Shown here piece by piece: positions 1 to 12,724 of a DNA stretch of 64,000 nt (its first letter is position 1; each line of letters opens with the position of its first letter). Below the pieces are notes generated by a model. It worked only from the letters and a program-made list of their open reading frames with translations, did not search any database and had not been told where the DNA came from. Where the stretch lies: the NCBI GenBank assembly GCA_963575745.1, contig CAUYUJ010000115.1, forward strand, positions 1 to 64,000, given 5' to 3'. This stretch comes from Prorocentrum cordatum (Eukaryota). A program made the translations under genes and the position numbers.

Positions 1-76
1 CCCCCGCCCCCCCCCCCGTGCAAAGCGGCGCGCGCCGCGTTCCGAGACCTGCGCCTCGTGGTTGGCAGGCAATAGT

Positions 77-240
77 CAGGAGGAAAAGAAACACACAGAC
101 ACCATCAATCGGCGACTCCCCAGAAAATATGGGAAAATATGGGAAGTGCGGGGGGAAGGAAGACAAAAGCCCAGAACATATAGGAAAAGATGGGGGATAT
201 GTTTGTTTGTGTGCATTTATTTGTGTGTCCCAGTTCCCCT
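77..240 (+). repeat. Dispersed ~160 bp repeat (other copies ~15675-15838 and ~27361-27510)
   Basis: Shared aggaggaaaagaaacacacagacac...aaatatgggaaaatatgggaagtg...tttgtgtgcatttatttgtgtgtccc in three places. Confidence 0.8.
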
Positions 241-715
241 TCAAACAGGTTCGAGCAGGGCCGGCGGGCGGCGGGTGGGCACGCGGCGGGCGGCCATTCT
301 GGGTTTCCCGAGGCACTCCGCGCTCCGCCCCCCTGCGAAAGCGCGGGGAGTTTCTCGAAGTACGTCGGGGGGGCGTCTGAATACTCCGCGCTTCTCGAAT
401 CTGTTCTCGAAGTGCTCGAAATAGTTTCTCGACATAGTCTCTCGAAATAGTTTTCTCGACATAGTTGCTCGAATGCTCCGAGCTTCTTAATAATACGCGT
501 CGGTGGGGGGGGGCGTCACCCCCGCCGACAGCCCCACATCGACCCTCGTCGCGGGCAGCCACCGCGCGCCGAAGGCGCTCCGACTCCCGTCGCGGCGCGA
601 CGACGAGGCGAGGTTGACCCCCTGTCGGGGGGGGGTACCCCCCCACGCTTATCAAGAAACCCAGAGTGATGTACCATAGGGGCATCACGAGGAGACACCT
701 GCAGAACCACCCCCG

Positions 716-1985
716 CTCAATTTCGAGAAACTCCGCGGCCTGGAACTGGCCACGCTGGAGCTTCTCGAAATTCACCGCTAGGGAGCAGGGTGGGCGCAAG
801 TTCGAGAAACTCTTCCGCGGCCTGGAATCTGGCTGCTTGTGAGTTTCTCGACATTCTCCGCTGGGGGGCGGGAGGCGAACGCGATCTCGAAGAACTGCCC
901 CGCTAAGGACTAACGATTGAAACCTCCTCGAAATTCCGCGCCAGGGTCGGGGGCCGCAATGTCGAGAATCTCCTCCGCGGCCTGACATCTGGCTGCTCGG
1001 GAGTTTCTCGAAATTCCCCGCTCGGGGGCGGGGGACGGGCGCAGTTTCGAAGAACCGCCCCGCCAAGGACTGGCGATTGAACGATCCTCGAAATTCCGCG
1101 TCAGGGCAGGGGGGTGCAATGTTGAGAAACTCGTCCTCGGCCTGAAATCTAGCCGTTTGTGAGTTTCTCGGAATTCCCCGCCTGGGGGGAGAGTGCCGGG
1201 CGCAATTTCGAAAGAATTGCCCGCGAAGGACTGGCGATTCAACGCTCTTCAAAATGCCGCGCCAGGGTAGGGGGCCGCAATGCCGAGAGACGCCCCCGCG
1301 TCTGGAAATCTTGCTGTTTCTAAGAGGTTCTCACGATTCCCCGCTGGGGGAGCGAGAGCGGGCGCAATTTCGAGAAACTCCTCCGCGGCCTGAACTCTGG
1401 CCGCGTGGGAGTTTCTTCAAATTCCCCGCCCGGGGGCGGGCGCGATGGGGGCGAGCGCAATCTCGAACAACTGCCCCGTTAAGGACCGACGATTGAGAGC
1501 TCCTCGGAATTCCGCGAGAGGGTCGGGGGCCGCAATTTCGAAAAACTCCTCCTTGGCCTGAAATCTGGCCGTTTGTGAGTTTCTCGGAATCCCCCGCTGG
1601 GGCGAGGGGCGGGCGCAATTTCCAGAAACTCCTCCGCGGCCTGACATCTGGCCGCTTAGGAGGTTCCCGAAATTCCCCGCTGGGGGGCGGGAGGCGAGCG
1701 CAATCTCGAAGAAGAGCGCAATCTCGAAGAACTGCCCCGCTAAGGACTGGCGATTGAACGCTCCTCGACATTCCGCGCCAGGGAAGGGGGGCGCAATTTC
1801 GACAAACTCCCCCGCGGCCTGAAATCTGGCCGTTTGGTGAGTTTCTCCCAATTTCCCGCCTGGGGGGCGAGGTGGGGGCGCAATTTCGAGAAATTCCCCC
1901 GCGGCCTGAAATCTGGCCGCTTGGGAGTTTCTCGAAATTCCGCCCTCCCGTCGCCCCCTCATGGGATATCGTGGAGTTTCTCAAA
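716..1985. repeat. Minisatellite of alternating ~75-80 bp units with internal inverted repeats
   Basis: Recurrent gcaatttcgagaaactc...ctgaaatctggcc...gagtttctcgaaattcc, alternating with gcaatctcgaagaactgccccgctaaggactggcgattgaa. Confidence 0.85.
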
Positions 1986-3103
1986 ATTGCTTGCTTGAGG
2001 CTTATTCTCCACAATTCCACTTTGGCCTGATCATCGGCCTGCAAGAGGAGTTTCTGGAAATCCGGCCGCGGCGACAAACAGAAGTTTGAGGCACTCCAAG
2101 TCAGCATGATTGCGGGGCTGCAGATGAGTGTATCAGAATATACGTTGAAGAAGGGATTCCCAGAAACGCCTCCTGAGCCAGGTGCCGGGCACGCGTCCTC
2201 TCCTCTTTCCCCGTCTATCCCCTCCCATCCCCCCTCACCCCACGCCGCTTGGCCCTTCCTTCTCCCCCCTTCCGCGCCCATCGTTTCCTCTCCTTCCCTT
2301 CCCCCCCCCCCCCCTCCGTCCCTACTTCCCTTACCTCCATCCCCCCCACGCTGTCCAGAACCCCTCCCTCCATCCCCTCAATCCCTCCACACCTTACTTT
2401 CCCAACTCCCTCCCCTCCCTTCCCTCCCTCCCCTCAGTTCCACCTACTTCCCTACATCCCCTCCTTCCCTCCCTCCCCTCCCCTCCTCCCTACTCCTCCA
2501 AACCTCCTTCCCTCCCTCTCCTCCTTCCTCCTTCCCCTCCCCGTGCACCTCCTCCCCTCCTCCCCCCGCCGCGGGCGACTTGTGTGCACTGTGCTGCTTT
2601 GTCGTCTCCCGAGGTGTCGTCGCTCCTCGGCCCGGGAACGGCACGGCGCATCGTTTCTCCGCCCCTCAGGGCCGAAGTACTATTCACCGTGCCGCGTTGG
2701 AGCGGAGCCTGAAGTCAGTCATGACATGGTGCGGTTGTCGCTGGAAAGGTAGCGTGCGAGCGGCCCGCTTGTTACGCGCTGACCCCCCGTTTGGGGGAGA
2801 GCATGCGCCGAAGAAGCCCTGGCAGGGTAGCGTGCACAGGGGGGCCATCGCAGGGGGATCCTCTCACAGGGATAGCGTGTTGTTTCGGAGATCGATGGCG
2901 CACGCCGTCTTTCCAACGCCAACCGTACGGTGCATATGTGCCGTTCTCGTACCCCCTTCCCGCCCCATCCGCCTTCCCTTCCCTCGTGCATCCACGCGAG
3001 AGTCGGCAGGGAAACCCTGGTGCCCGAACGCGGCCAGCACCGCAATTCGACATGTTGGCGCTCGGTTTCACCTTGCTCGCCCGCCGTCCGGCGCTAGGCT
3101 GAA

Positions 3104-3259
3104 GTCGGGCATGTTCCTCTATAGAAGGAAGATTTTTAAACAATGGCAAAAAATAGTTAGGGAACGATTTTTCAATTCTCCCGATTCCTTTTTGGAGTAC
3201 TTCTGGGGTACGTTCCAGTTCCAGTACAAACCTTTTGCCTGCAGGGGGACGTGCCCGAC
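3104..3259. mobile_element. MITE-like element, family C (second copy 12222-12374)
   Basis: Imperfect TIR gtcgggcatgttcctctatag / ctgcagggggacgtgcccgac around an AT-rich core; same ends at 12222-12374. Confidence 0.65.
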
Positions 3260-3350
3260 CCAACGCTGACCTTCTGCGTTCCTTCGCTCGTCCCTCCACG
3301 CCCTCCGCGCCGCCGCTCGCGCTCCAGGGGGGGGGGCGGGGGAGGACGAG

Positions 3351-3382
<32 letters not shown>

Positions 3383-3868
3383 GGAGGAGGAGGAGGAAGG
3401 AGGATGGAGGAGGAGGAGGGAGGAGAGGAGGAGAGGAAGAGGAGGGGGTGGGGGAGGAGGGGGAGGAGGGGGGTGACGAGGCGGCCGGAGGAGGAGGAGG
3501 AGAAGGAGGGGGTGGGGAGGGTGGAGGTGAGGAGGGGGAGGAGGCGGCGAGGAGGCGGAGCGGAAGGCGGCGGAGGAGGAGGAAGGAGGAGGAGGAGGTG
3601 GGAAGACGACACGCGCGCTGCGCTCCGCCGCGCCGCCAGGCGGGGGGGGGGAGGGAAGGCGCCGGGGGGGCGCGATCGCCTCGGCCGGCGCGTGGGGCCG
3701 AGGGCCGGTGCGCCGGCGCGGGCCAGACTTTTTTTCTCGCGCGGCTCCAGGGCAGCGGTTGAGCCTGATGGGCGGTTGAGGGCGGGAAGGAGAAAAGGGG
3801 CGAGAGGGAGGCCCAGCTGCGAGGGAGGAAAGGGGCGAGAGGGAGGGAGAAAAGGGGCGAGAGAGGGA

Positions 3869-4070
3869 GGGCCGGACGAGAGGGGGGGATTGGGAAAGGG
3901 GGGGGGGTCGAAACCTGCTGCGTGCAGCTGATTTTTGGCTTCCCCGAGGGGCCCATTCCTCGATATGCATGGCCGCCTCCGGCGCCGGGAGGCGCCGGGA
4001 AAATCAGCCACGTGAGCTGAATCTCCCCCCCCCCCCCCCCTTTCCTATCCCCCCCTTTCGCCCGACCCGA
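3869..4070. mobile_element. MITE-like element, family A (copies ~21118-21315 and 63100-63282)
   Basis: TIR tcgggcc/tgggcgaaagggggg...ccccccctttcgcccgacccga; conserved core ggccgcctccggcgccgggaggcgccgggaaaatcagc in three copies. Confidence 0.8.
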
Positions 4071-4559
4071 AGGGCGGAAAGGAGAAATGGGCGAGAGGGA
4101 GGCCCAGCTGCGACGGATCGCCAGCGCTGCTGGGATCCGCTGTGTGGGGTGCCTCGGGGAAGAGGAGGCGCCATAAACACGCGCTTTTGGCGCTCCGCGC
4201 GGGTTTCTTGGATCCGCGCTGGGCCCCCCCGGGCGGCGCCTCCGGCGCCGCCCCTGGCGCGCGGAGCGCGCCAGGGGGTGGGCTCCCGCGCGGATCCCAA
4301 AAATCCGCGCGGAGCGTTAAGTTTATGTTTCTGGTGTTTATTTGCTGTTTCCTTCTTCTGCCTCTAGCGCTACAAGTGGAATAGGGGGCGATGCGCGGAT
4401 GCCACGGCTGGTTTGTCGGGGCCAACCTGGCTCTTAGAAGTGGGTTGCAGGTGCCAGGAGTAGCTCAGGGGGTGGGGTGGCATAACCCGGTTAATGCTTA
4501 TATCCCCTTCGGAACTCAGGGCATATGTAGCATTCAATAGTTTTGGAGGGACCTTCAAT

Positions 4560-4880
4560 GGTTCTGGAGGGAACAATTGTCTGGGGAGGGTACTTGTAGT
4601 CCAGGGGGGGCACCATAATGTCTGGGGGGGACGAAAAGTACAGGGCGGGGGACCAATAGCCCCAGGGGGGGAATAATAGTCCGCGGGGTAGGCACTTGTC
4701 GACGTGGGTTGCCTGTCCTGTCGCGCGAGCGGGGGCGGCCCTGGGCATACCAATTGTCCGCGGGGAGTACCAATAGTCCGGGGTGGAGGACCAATTGTCC
4801 GGGGGGGACCAATAGTCCGGGGGGGGGACCAATAGACTGGGGGTGGGGACCAACAGTCCGGGGGGGACCGATAGTCCAGG
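4560..4880. repeat. ~19-20 bp minisatellite
   Basis: Tandem ggggggaccaatagtcc variants. Confidence 0.75.
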
Positions 4881-5114
4881 GATCCACAATGAATTTGGGT
4901 ATCGGGGCAATTTTCTTATCCACTTAGTAAACCTGGCGGCGATCGCAGTACCCCTGCTGGTTGAATCCACGGTGGGTTATCGGAACCCCCGCTGAGGTCC
5001 ACTCGGCTGCAGACATCCCTCGGACTCTGCGCCCCAGCGGTTTGTTTCAGGATCTGTCCTGCAGGGGTAGATTCACATGCTGTTGCCTGGCACCGGCGTG
5101 CTCGCGTCTAGAAC

Positions 5115-8100
5115 AATTATCCCGACAAAGCAACCTAACAGCGATATGTAGAAGCATATCTGAAAGCATTCCCCTTAAGATTCATATGAAAATCCAGTTG
5201 TAGAATTCTGCTGTTCTCGCAGTCGTAGTCGCATTCGCGATGACAGTCGCAGCGGCAACGGCAGTCGCAGTCACAGCCTCAGCCTCAGCCTGCCTCAGCC
5301 TCAGCCTCAGCCTGCCTCAGCCTCAGCCTGCCTCAGCCTCAGCCTCAGCCTCAGCCTGCTTCAGCCTCAGCCTCAGTCTGCCTTCAGCCTCGGCCTCAGC
5401 CTCAACCTGCATCAGCCTCAGCCTGCATCAGCCTCAGCCTCAGCCTCAGCCTGCCTCAGCATCAGCCTGCATCAGCCTCAGCCTCAGCCTCAGCCTGCCT
5501 CAGCATCAGCCTGCTTCAGCCTCAGCCTCAGCCTGCCTCAGCCTCAGCATCAGTCTGCTTCAGCCTCAGCCTCAGTCTGCCTTCAGCCTCGGCCTCAGCC
5601 TCAGCCTGCCTCAGCCTCAGCCTGCCTCGGCCGCAGCATCAGCCTGCCTCAGCATTCAAAATGTGGCCCAGGAATGGAGTTCTGGGAACTAGAAGAAACA
5701 GAAGTGGCGTACAGTTGGCTCCGGGCATTCAAAATTCATGCCCAGGAATGGAGTTCGAACTTGAAGAGCACGGAAGCGGCCTACAGTGGCTATCAGCATC
5801 AAAATGTGCCCGGGACCGGGAAATGGAGTTTCTGGTAAATAGAAGAACACGAAGTGGCCTACAGTTGGCTCCAGGCATTCAAAATGTGGCCCGGGAATGG
5901 AGTTCTGGGAACTCGAAGAGCACGAAGTGGCCTACAGTTGGCTCCGGGCACTCAAAATGTAGCCCGGGAGTGGAGTTCTGGGAGGTCGAAGAGCACGAAG
6001 TGTGTGACTGTTGACGAAAAACGAGCCCGGCTCTGTTCCCGGTTCTCCAGAATGTGGCCCGGGAATGGAGTTCTGGGAGGTCGAAGAACACGAAGTGTGT
6101 GACTGTTGGCCGAAAAACGAGCCCGGCTCTGTTCCCGGTTCTCCAGAATGTGGCCCGGGAATGGAGTTCTGGGAGGTCGAAGAACACGAAGTGTGTGACT
6201 GTTGGCGAAAAACGATTCCCGGTTCTCCTCCCCGGCACCCGCCCAGACCCCCCTGAGGAGTCATGATGCTCTCTTTTGACCCTACTAGAAACCTATCAGC
6301 AAAAGCTGGTAGGTAAAAAATTGGTTTTCTCAAAATAATCAAAATGAATTGTCTAAAACATACTTTCAAATCTTAGCAAAACCCACCCCAAAGCCATCAT
6401 GGGAAACCGGCGGGAAAACCGTCAACCAGGTTACCACGGGGCCCGTAGAGGCTCTATTCTCGCACGGCGCTCCTCGTATACATGGAGGAAAGCGTCTGGA
6501 GCAAGACGGAAAAATTATCCCGGCAAAGCAACCTAACAGGGATGTGTAGAAGCATATCTGAAAGCATTCCCCTAAAGATTCAGATGAAAATCCAGTTGTA
6601 GAATTCTGCTGTTCTCGCAGTCGTAGTCGCATTCGCGATGACAGTCGCAGCGGCAACGGCAGTCGCAGTCACAGCCTCAGCCTCAGCCTGCCTCAGCCTC
6701 AGCCTCAGCCTGCCTCAGCCTCAGCCTGCCTCAGCCTCAGCCTCAGCATCAGCCTCAGCCTCAGCCTCAGCCTGCCTCCGCATCAGCCTGCGTCAGCCTC
6801 AGCCTCAGCCTGCCTCAGCCTCAGCCTCAGTCTGCTTCAGCCTCAGCCTCAGTTTGCCTTCAGCCTCGGCCTCAGCCTCAGCCTGCCTCAGCCTCAGCCT
6901 GCCTCGGCCGCAGCATCAGCCTGCCTCAGCATTCAAAATGTGGCCCAGGAACGGAGTTCTGGGAACTAGAAGAACACGAAGTGGCCTACAGTTGGCTCCG
7001 GGCATTCAAAATGTTGCCCGGGAATGGAGTTCTGGGAACTTGAAGAGCACGAAGTGGCCTACAGTTGGCTCCGGGCATCCAAAATGTGGCCCGGGAATGG
7101 AGTTCTGGGAAATCGAAGAGCACGAAGTGGCTTACAGTTGGCTCCGGGCACTCAAAATGTAGCCCGGGAGTGGAGTTCTGGGAGGTCGAAGAGCACGAAG
7201 TGTGTGATTGTTGGCGAAAAACAAGCCCGGCCCTGTTCCCGGTTCTCCAGAATGTGGCCCGGGAATGGAGTTCTGGGAGGTCGAAGAGCACGAAGTGTGT
7301 GACTGTTGGCGAAAAGCGAGCCCGGCTCTGTTCCCGGTTCTCCAGAATGTGGCCCGGGAATGGAGTTCTGGGAGGTCGAAGAGCACGAAGTGTGTGACTG
7401 TTGGCGAAAAACGATTCCCGGTTCTCCTCCCCGGCACCCGCCCAGACCCCCCTGAGGAGTCATCATGCTCTCTTTTGACCCTACTAGAAACCTATCAGCA
7501 AACGCTGTTAGGTAATTATCCCGGCAAAGCAACCTAACAGCGATGTGTAGGAGCATATCTGGAAGCATTCCCCTTAAGATTCAGATGAGAATCCAGTTGT
7601 AGAATTCTGCTGTTCTCGCAGTCGTAGTCGCATTCGCGATGACAGTCGCAGTGGCAACGGCAGTCGCAGTCACAGCCTCAGCCTCAGCCTGCCTCAGCCT
7701 CAGCCTCAGCCTGCCTCAGCCTCAGCCTGCCTCAGCCTCAGCCTCAGCCTGCTTCAGCCTCAGCATCAGTCTGCCTTCAGCCTCGGCCTCAGGCTCAGCC
7801 TGCCTCAGCCTCAGCCTGCATCAGCCTCAGCCTCAGCCTCAGCCTGCCTCTGCCTCAGCCTGCTTCAGGTTCAGCCTCAGTCTGCCGTCGGCCTCGGCCT
7901 CAGCCTCAGCCTGCCTCAGCCTCAGCCTGGCATTCGGATTCGCAGTGGCAGTCGCAGTGGCAACATCAGCGGCAGTCGCAGTGGCACTGCCAGTAGTTGC
8001 AATAGCAATAGCTACACTAGCAGCAGCAACAGTGGCCCGGGAGTGGAGTTCTGGGAAGTGGAAGAGCACGAAGTGGCCTACAGTTGGCTCCGGGCATTCA

Positions 8101-8438
8101 AAATGTGGCCCAGGAATGGTGTTCTGGGAAGTCCAAGAGCACGAAGTGGCCTACAGTTGGCTCCGGGTATCCAAAATGTGGCCCGGGAATGGGGTTCTGG
8201 GAAGTCGAAGAGCACGAAGTGGCCTACAGTTGGCTCCGGGCATCCAGAATGTGGCCCGGGAATGGAGTTCTGGGAGGTCGAAGAGCACGAAGTGTGTGAC
8301 TGTTGGCGAAAAGCGAGCCCGGCTCTGTTCCCGGTTCTGTTCCCGGTTCTCCTCCCCGGCACCCGCCCAGACCCCCCTGAGGAGTCATCATGCTCTCTTT
8401 TGACTTTACTAGAAACCTATCAGCAAAAGCTGTTAGGT
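5115..8438. repeat. Three tandem ~0.9-1.2 kb units, each holding (CAGCCT)n and a ~70-90 bp minisatellite, bounded by a short TIR
   Basis: Units start acctaacag at 5133, 6531, 7532 and end gctg(t/g)taggt at 6314, 7513, 8438; non-repeat parts near identical. Confidence 0.9.
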
Positions 8439-9105
8439 AAAAACAAGACGGACGGTGGTTTGCGGGTTTCGGCCTACTGGGGCCCTCGCGGGGCCCCGGG
8501 ACCGTCAAGAGTATGCCTGCCGCCCAGGCCACCGCGGTCGCCCTATGGGTGTTCGTCTGTTTCCCCAGAAGGGGCGGCGTGGCGGGGAGGAGGATGTGAA
8601 GCAGGATGGGGGCGCGAAGCAGGTTGACGGGGATTTTCCTTAAGAGCGTTTTGCCAGAGGGTTCTACAAATGAGACTTCAGCTCAATTCATTCAGGAATC
8701 GTGCTCTCGCCTCAATGCCTGCTACATTTTTGGTCGGGGCGGCAACAATACCTTATGAAACAAACGCTAAGGTGCACATGGCCGTGTTTTCACCCTTGTC
8801 CCGGCTGAATCTTTCACAGGATTTCTTGGGCACGCTTTCACTGGCCGACCTCCTACTCGAGCCACCTTTGCTGACACGAGCTTTGCTGGTACGTTGTGCT
8901 TGTGTGTGCGGTAGGTTCGCGTCGTGTAGACTGGCGGCGACCCCGCCGCCGGCGTTCTATGCCGAACGCCGCTGGCGACTTATATAGAATTGTCGATGTT
9001 GAACGAGCGGACGTTGCGGAACCTGCACGGCCGATCGTTCAAGATTGGACGATCCCCGCGGTGTCAGAAACCAACGCCGAAGTCGGCACGACACGAACTT
9101 GCCGT

Positions 9106-9209
9106 GTTTGTGTGTGTGTTTGTATGTGTGTGTGTGTGTTGCTCCGCTTCGTCGCTGCGCGCGAAGCCGCGATCGCCAAAAAGTGTGCGTGTTTGTGTGA
9201 ACGTGTTTG

Positions 9210-9268
<59 letters not shown>

Positions 9269-9288
9269 TGTCTGTGTCTGTGTTTGGC

Positions 9289-9319
<31 letters not shown>

Positions 9320-9589
9320 CGGGTGGGTGGGTGTCGCTCCGCCTCGTCGCTGCGCGCGAGGCCGCGATCGCCAAAAAGAGCGTGTGTGTGCGTATGTGTG
9401 CGTGCGTGTTTGTGTATGTATATGTGTGTGCGTATGTGCGCGTGTGTGTGTGTGTGTGGGTGCGTGTGCGTGTGCGTGTGCGTGTGCGTGTGCGTGTGTG
9501 TGTGGTGTGTGTGTGTGTTTGTGTGTGCGTGTGTGTGCGTGTGTATGTCTGTGTGTGCGTGTGTGTATGCGTGTGCGTGTGCGTGTGCG

Positions 9590-9655
<66 letters not shown>

Positions 9656-9670
9656 TGTGTGTGTTTGTGG
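9106..9670. repeat. (GT)n/(GTGC)n microsatellite, followed by GAG-rich tract to ~9915
   Basis: Direct inspection. Confidence 0.95.
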
Positions 9671-10679
9671 AGCAGGAGGAGGAAGAGGAGGAGGAGCAGG
9701 AGGAGGAGCAGGAGGTGGAAGAAGAGGAGGAGGAGGAGGAGGAGGAGGACCAGGACCAGGACCAGGAGGAGGAGGAGAAGGAGGAGAAATATGGGGGAAG
9801 GAAAGAAGGAAGGAAGGAAGGAAGGAAGGAAGGGGAAGGAAGGAATGAGGGGGGAGGAGGATGAGGAGGAGGAGGAGGAGGAGGAGGGGGGAGGAGGAGA
9901 AGGAGGAGGAGGAAGAGCAGGCTATGAGCAGCACCGGCAGGATTCGTGGAACCCGCAATAGGGCGATCGGGGGCCTGAGCCCATGGAGAAACCTCACTTT
10001 GCTGGCGGGCCCATCTCGTCGCAGAACATGGCCCGATGATGCCCCGAACGGGCCACTTGTGATGTGTGTAGAGAAGAAGAGTCCAGACATGATCTGATCT
10101 TGCTTACATTCTGCGGTCACTCGCGACCCCTCCCTCGGGGTGTGCTTTCCGCCCCGGATCCGCACTTCCTGGCCCCGTGGCCCGATGACAGCCTCCATGG
10201 GGCTGGCATCGAGGAGACGCCGCCAGCTGACACACGAGCGCCTCGCCGGAGATATGGGGGGGGGAGGAGTGGGGGGAGGAAGAGGGGCATGGGGGCACCA
10301 GGTGGCACCGATACCGCTACGCCTCGGATCTGTCCCAGGTGCGCCCAACAAGAACTTCGAGGCGAATCCGGTCGTGGCGACGAGGGGTTCCCAGGAGACC
10401 CAGACAGGCAAAACCGACAGAAGGGTTCGGCGGTGTAGGTATCAGTTCCCTCTTCCGAAAGCAGGAGGAAGAGGAAGCAGCGGCAGCAACTCCCAGAGGC
10501 ACCTCTCCGAGCGGGCCTCCCGAAGCCGTGCTGTCGTGGCCGCCTGCGGCGGCGCGGCCATCTGCCTGGTGGCGCTGTTGCCCCGGCGGCGCTCGGGCGG
10601 CCATGTGCTGCAGAGCCCTGCGCTCGGGCGGCAAGAGGACTGGAGCCAGGAGGTCCTCGATCATCATCCTCCCCCCTCT

Positions 10680-10905
10680 CCTGCTCCTCCTCCTCTTCCT
10701 CCTCCTCCTCCTCCTTCCTCCTCCTCCTCCTCCTCCTCCTCCTCCTCCCTCCTCCTCCTCCTCCTCCTCCTCCTCCTCCTCCTCCTCCTCCTCCTCCTCC
10801 TCCTCCCTCCTCCTCCTCCTCCTCCTCCTCCTCCTCCTCCTCCTCCTCCTCCTCCTCCTCCTCCTCCTCCTCCTCCTCCTCCTCCTCCTCCTCCTCCTCC
10901 TCCTT
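10680..10905. repeat. (CCT)n microsatellite
   Basis: Direct inspection. Confidence 0.95.
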
Positions 10906-11875
10906 CTCTTCCTGACACTCTTCCCCGGGGCTGGTTTTCAATCCGCAGTCGTTTTTCGACGGGCCCCAAGTCCAGCGGTGGCCACAACAAAAGCGGCGAA
11001 TCATCACTCGTCGTGCGGTCAGCACCCGGGGCTGGCCCGTCAAAGCGCGTCGGCCAAAACCTGAGTCCTCCGAACCCGAGCCTTATACGTCTCCCCCATC
11101 GGACGTCCAGCCCCGCCGGAGGTGACCCGCGCCGTCCTGGCGCCCAACCCGCCGCGCCCTCAGCCGAGCCTGCGGCGCGCGGCGGGCCGCGGCCTCCGAG
11201 ACGCCGTCCTTCGTGATGCCTCGGCCTTCGGGGGCACGGCGGAACGCCACTCGAGAGTCGCAGAGAAACACGTTGCGCAAAATATGCCCTTTCGGAGTTC
11301 CGGGCGGGTTTCCTGGATTGGCGCCGGACCTCCTGACGGCGCCTCCGGCGCCGCCCCTGGAGGGGAGCCCAGCGCCGATCCAGGCAATCCGCGCGGGGCT
11401 CCGAGAGCTCCCGAAGGCGACAGGGGTGCTCCGCGCCGCGCACGGCGCGGTGAGCAACGTTAGCTGGCCCAGGACCCGTCCCCAGACATCTGGCAGCTCG
11501 ACTCTTGTCGAGACGTTCAGGGCCCCCTTGACAAGAACCAGGGCGCTGCCAACCAGGACTCTGACTCTTCCCACCACCCGCCAAACCACCCCAGCCCAAC
11601 CCGAGGGCCTCAACCTGCCCTCCATTTCCAGTGCGGGGGTGTCGGGGAACAATGAAAGAACACATCAAGTGGAGACCCATGCCAAGAAACGCCCTGATTG
11701 CCTCCAGGGTGCTCTGAGTTTCTTGGGTTTCGGTCGTTTTGCGATGGAGAGCGTGGCGTTCCCGCACCAAGAATCCATGGACAGGGTTGGGTTTCTTGTG
11801 GAAGGTTTCTTGTGGTCGAGCTCCTACTGCACGGAACCCGTACCCCCCCCAACCCGAATTTTGGACCTTCGGGTT

Positions 11876-12080
11876 AGAGGAGGAGGAGGAGGAGGAGGAG
11901 GAGGAGGAGGAGGAGGGAGGAAGAGGTGGAGGTGGAGGAGGAGGAGGAGGAGGAGGAAGGAGGAGGAGGAGGTGGAGGAGGAGGAGGAGGAGGAGGAGGA
12001 GGAGGTGGGGGAGGAGAGGAGGAGGAGGTGGAGGAGGAGGAGGAGGAGGAGGAGGAGGAGGGAGGAGGAGGAGGAGGGGG
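11876..12080. repeat. (GAG)n microsatellite
   Basis: Direct inspection. Confidence 0.95.
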
Positions 12081-12379
12081 AGGGGGTCTGGTGGGTAGGC
12101 ACCTTCGCACTGGCGAGAGCCTCGACCCACGGCTGCATTGCCTTCGGGCCCGCCGGTGCCCGGGTCCACCAAACGTCCCCGCCAGCTGTCCGCTGACCTG
12201 CCCCCCCTCCCCCAGGCTTGTGTCGGGCACGTCCTCCTACAGGCGGATTTTAGATGAAGAATTAGGCATCGTTCAACAATACCCCCAAGAGTAATCAACC
12301 ATTGTCAAAGAATCGTCCCCCGATTATTCTTTGACTATTTTTCAGTTCTCCTCCTGTAGAGGGTCAGGCCCGACAGAAC

Positions 12380-12724
12380 CCCAGGATCTCTCGACCCTTG
12401 CCCGAGGGGGCGGCTTCTCGTCCGGAGTCGGTTCTTGATGGTCGTCGCCAGGGCCCGAGATCGGCATCCAGAGGCCCACATTCGAGAAGGCGACCGTCTT
12501 CAGATGCTCGAGGGTGTCAAAGGCTTCTCAGCGTTCCGGGGGTCAGACGTGCTGGGGCTGCCGTTCTGGGCAGAGTTTCGAGGCGGAGCCGCCCGCGAGC
12601 ACGAGCGACCCCAGGGAGGCAGACCGGAACTGGCAGAAACACTTCTAACCTCTGACATCGATCTTTTTGTCGCGCGGCCCCGGATGTCTGGAATGTCTGG
12701 GTCTTTCGCGGTGTGCTCTGCCAT
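12380..12724 (-). pseudogene. Highly decayed LINE reverse transcriptase remnant
   Basis: Minus strand gives, in RT order across frameshifts, KDPDIPDIR, GRSC, NAEK/AFDTLEH (DxEKAFD-like) and GQGS. Confidence 0.35.

Noticed and set aside
5240..8403. Repeated MTVAAATAVAV...SASASA ORFs
   Set aside because: Translation of (CAGCCT)n with frame inconsistencies between units
11690..11830. Gypsy-like LEAIRAFLGM on the minus strand
   Set aside because: Single short motif lying inside a MITE-like repeat, with no other LTR-element motifs
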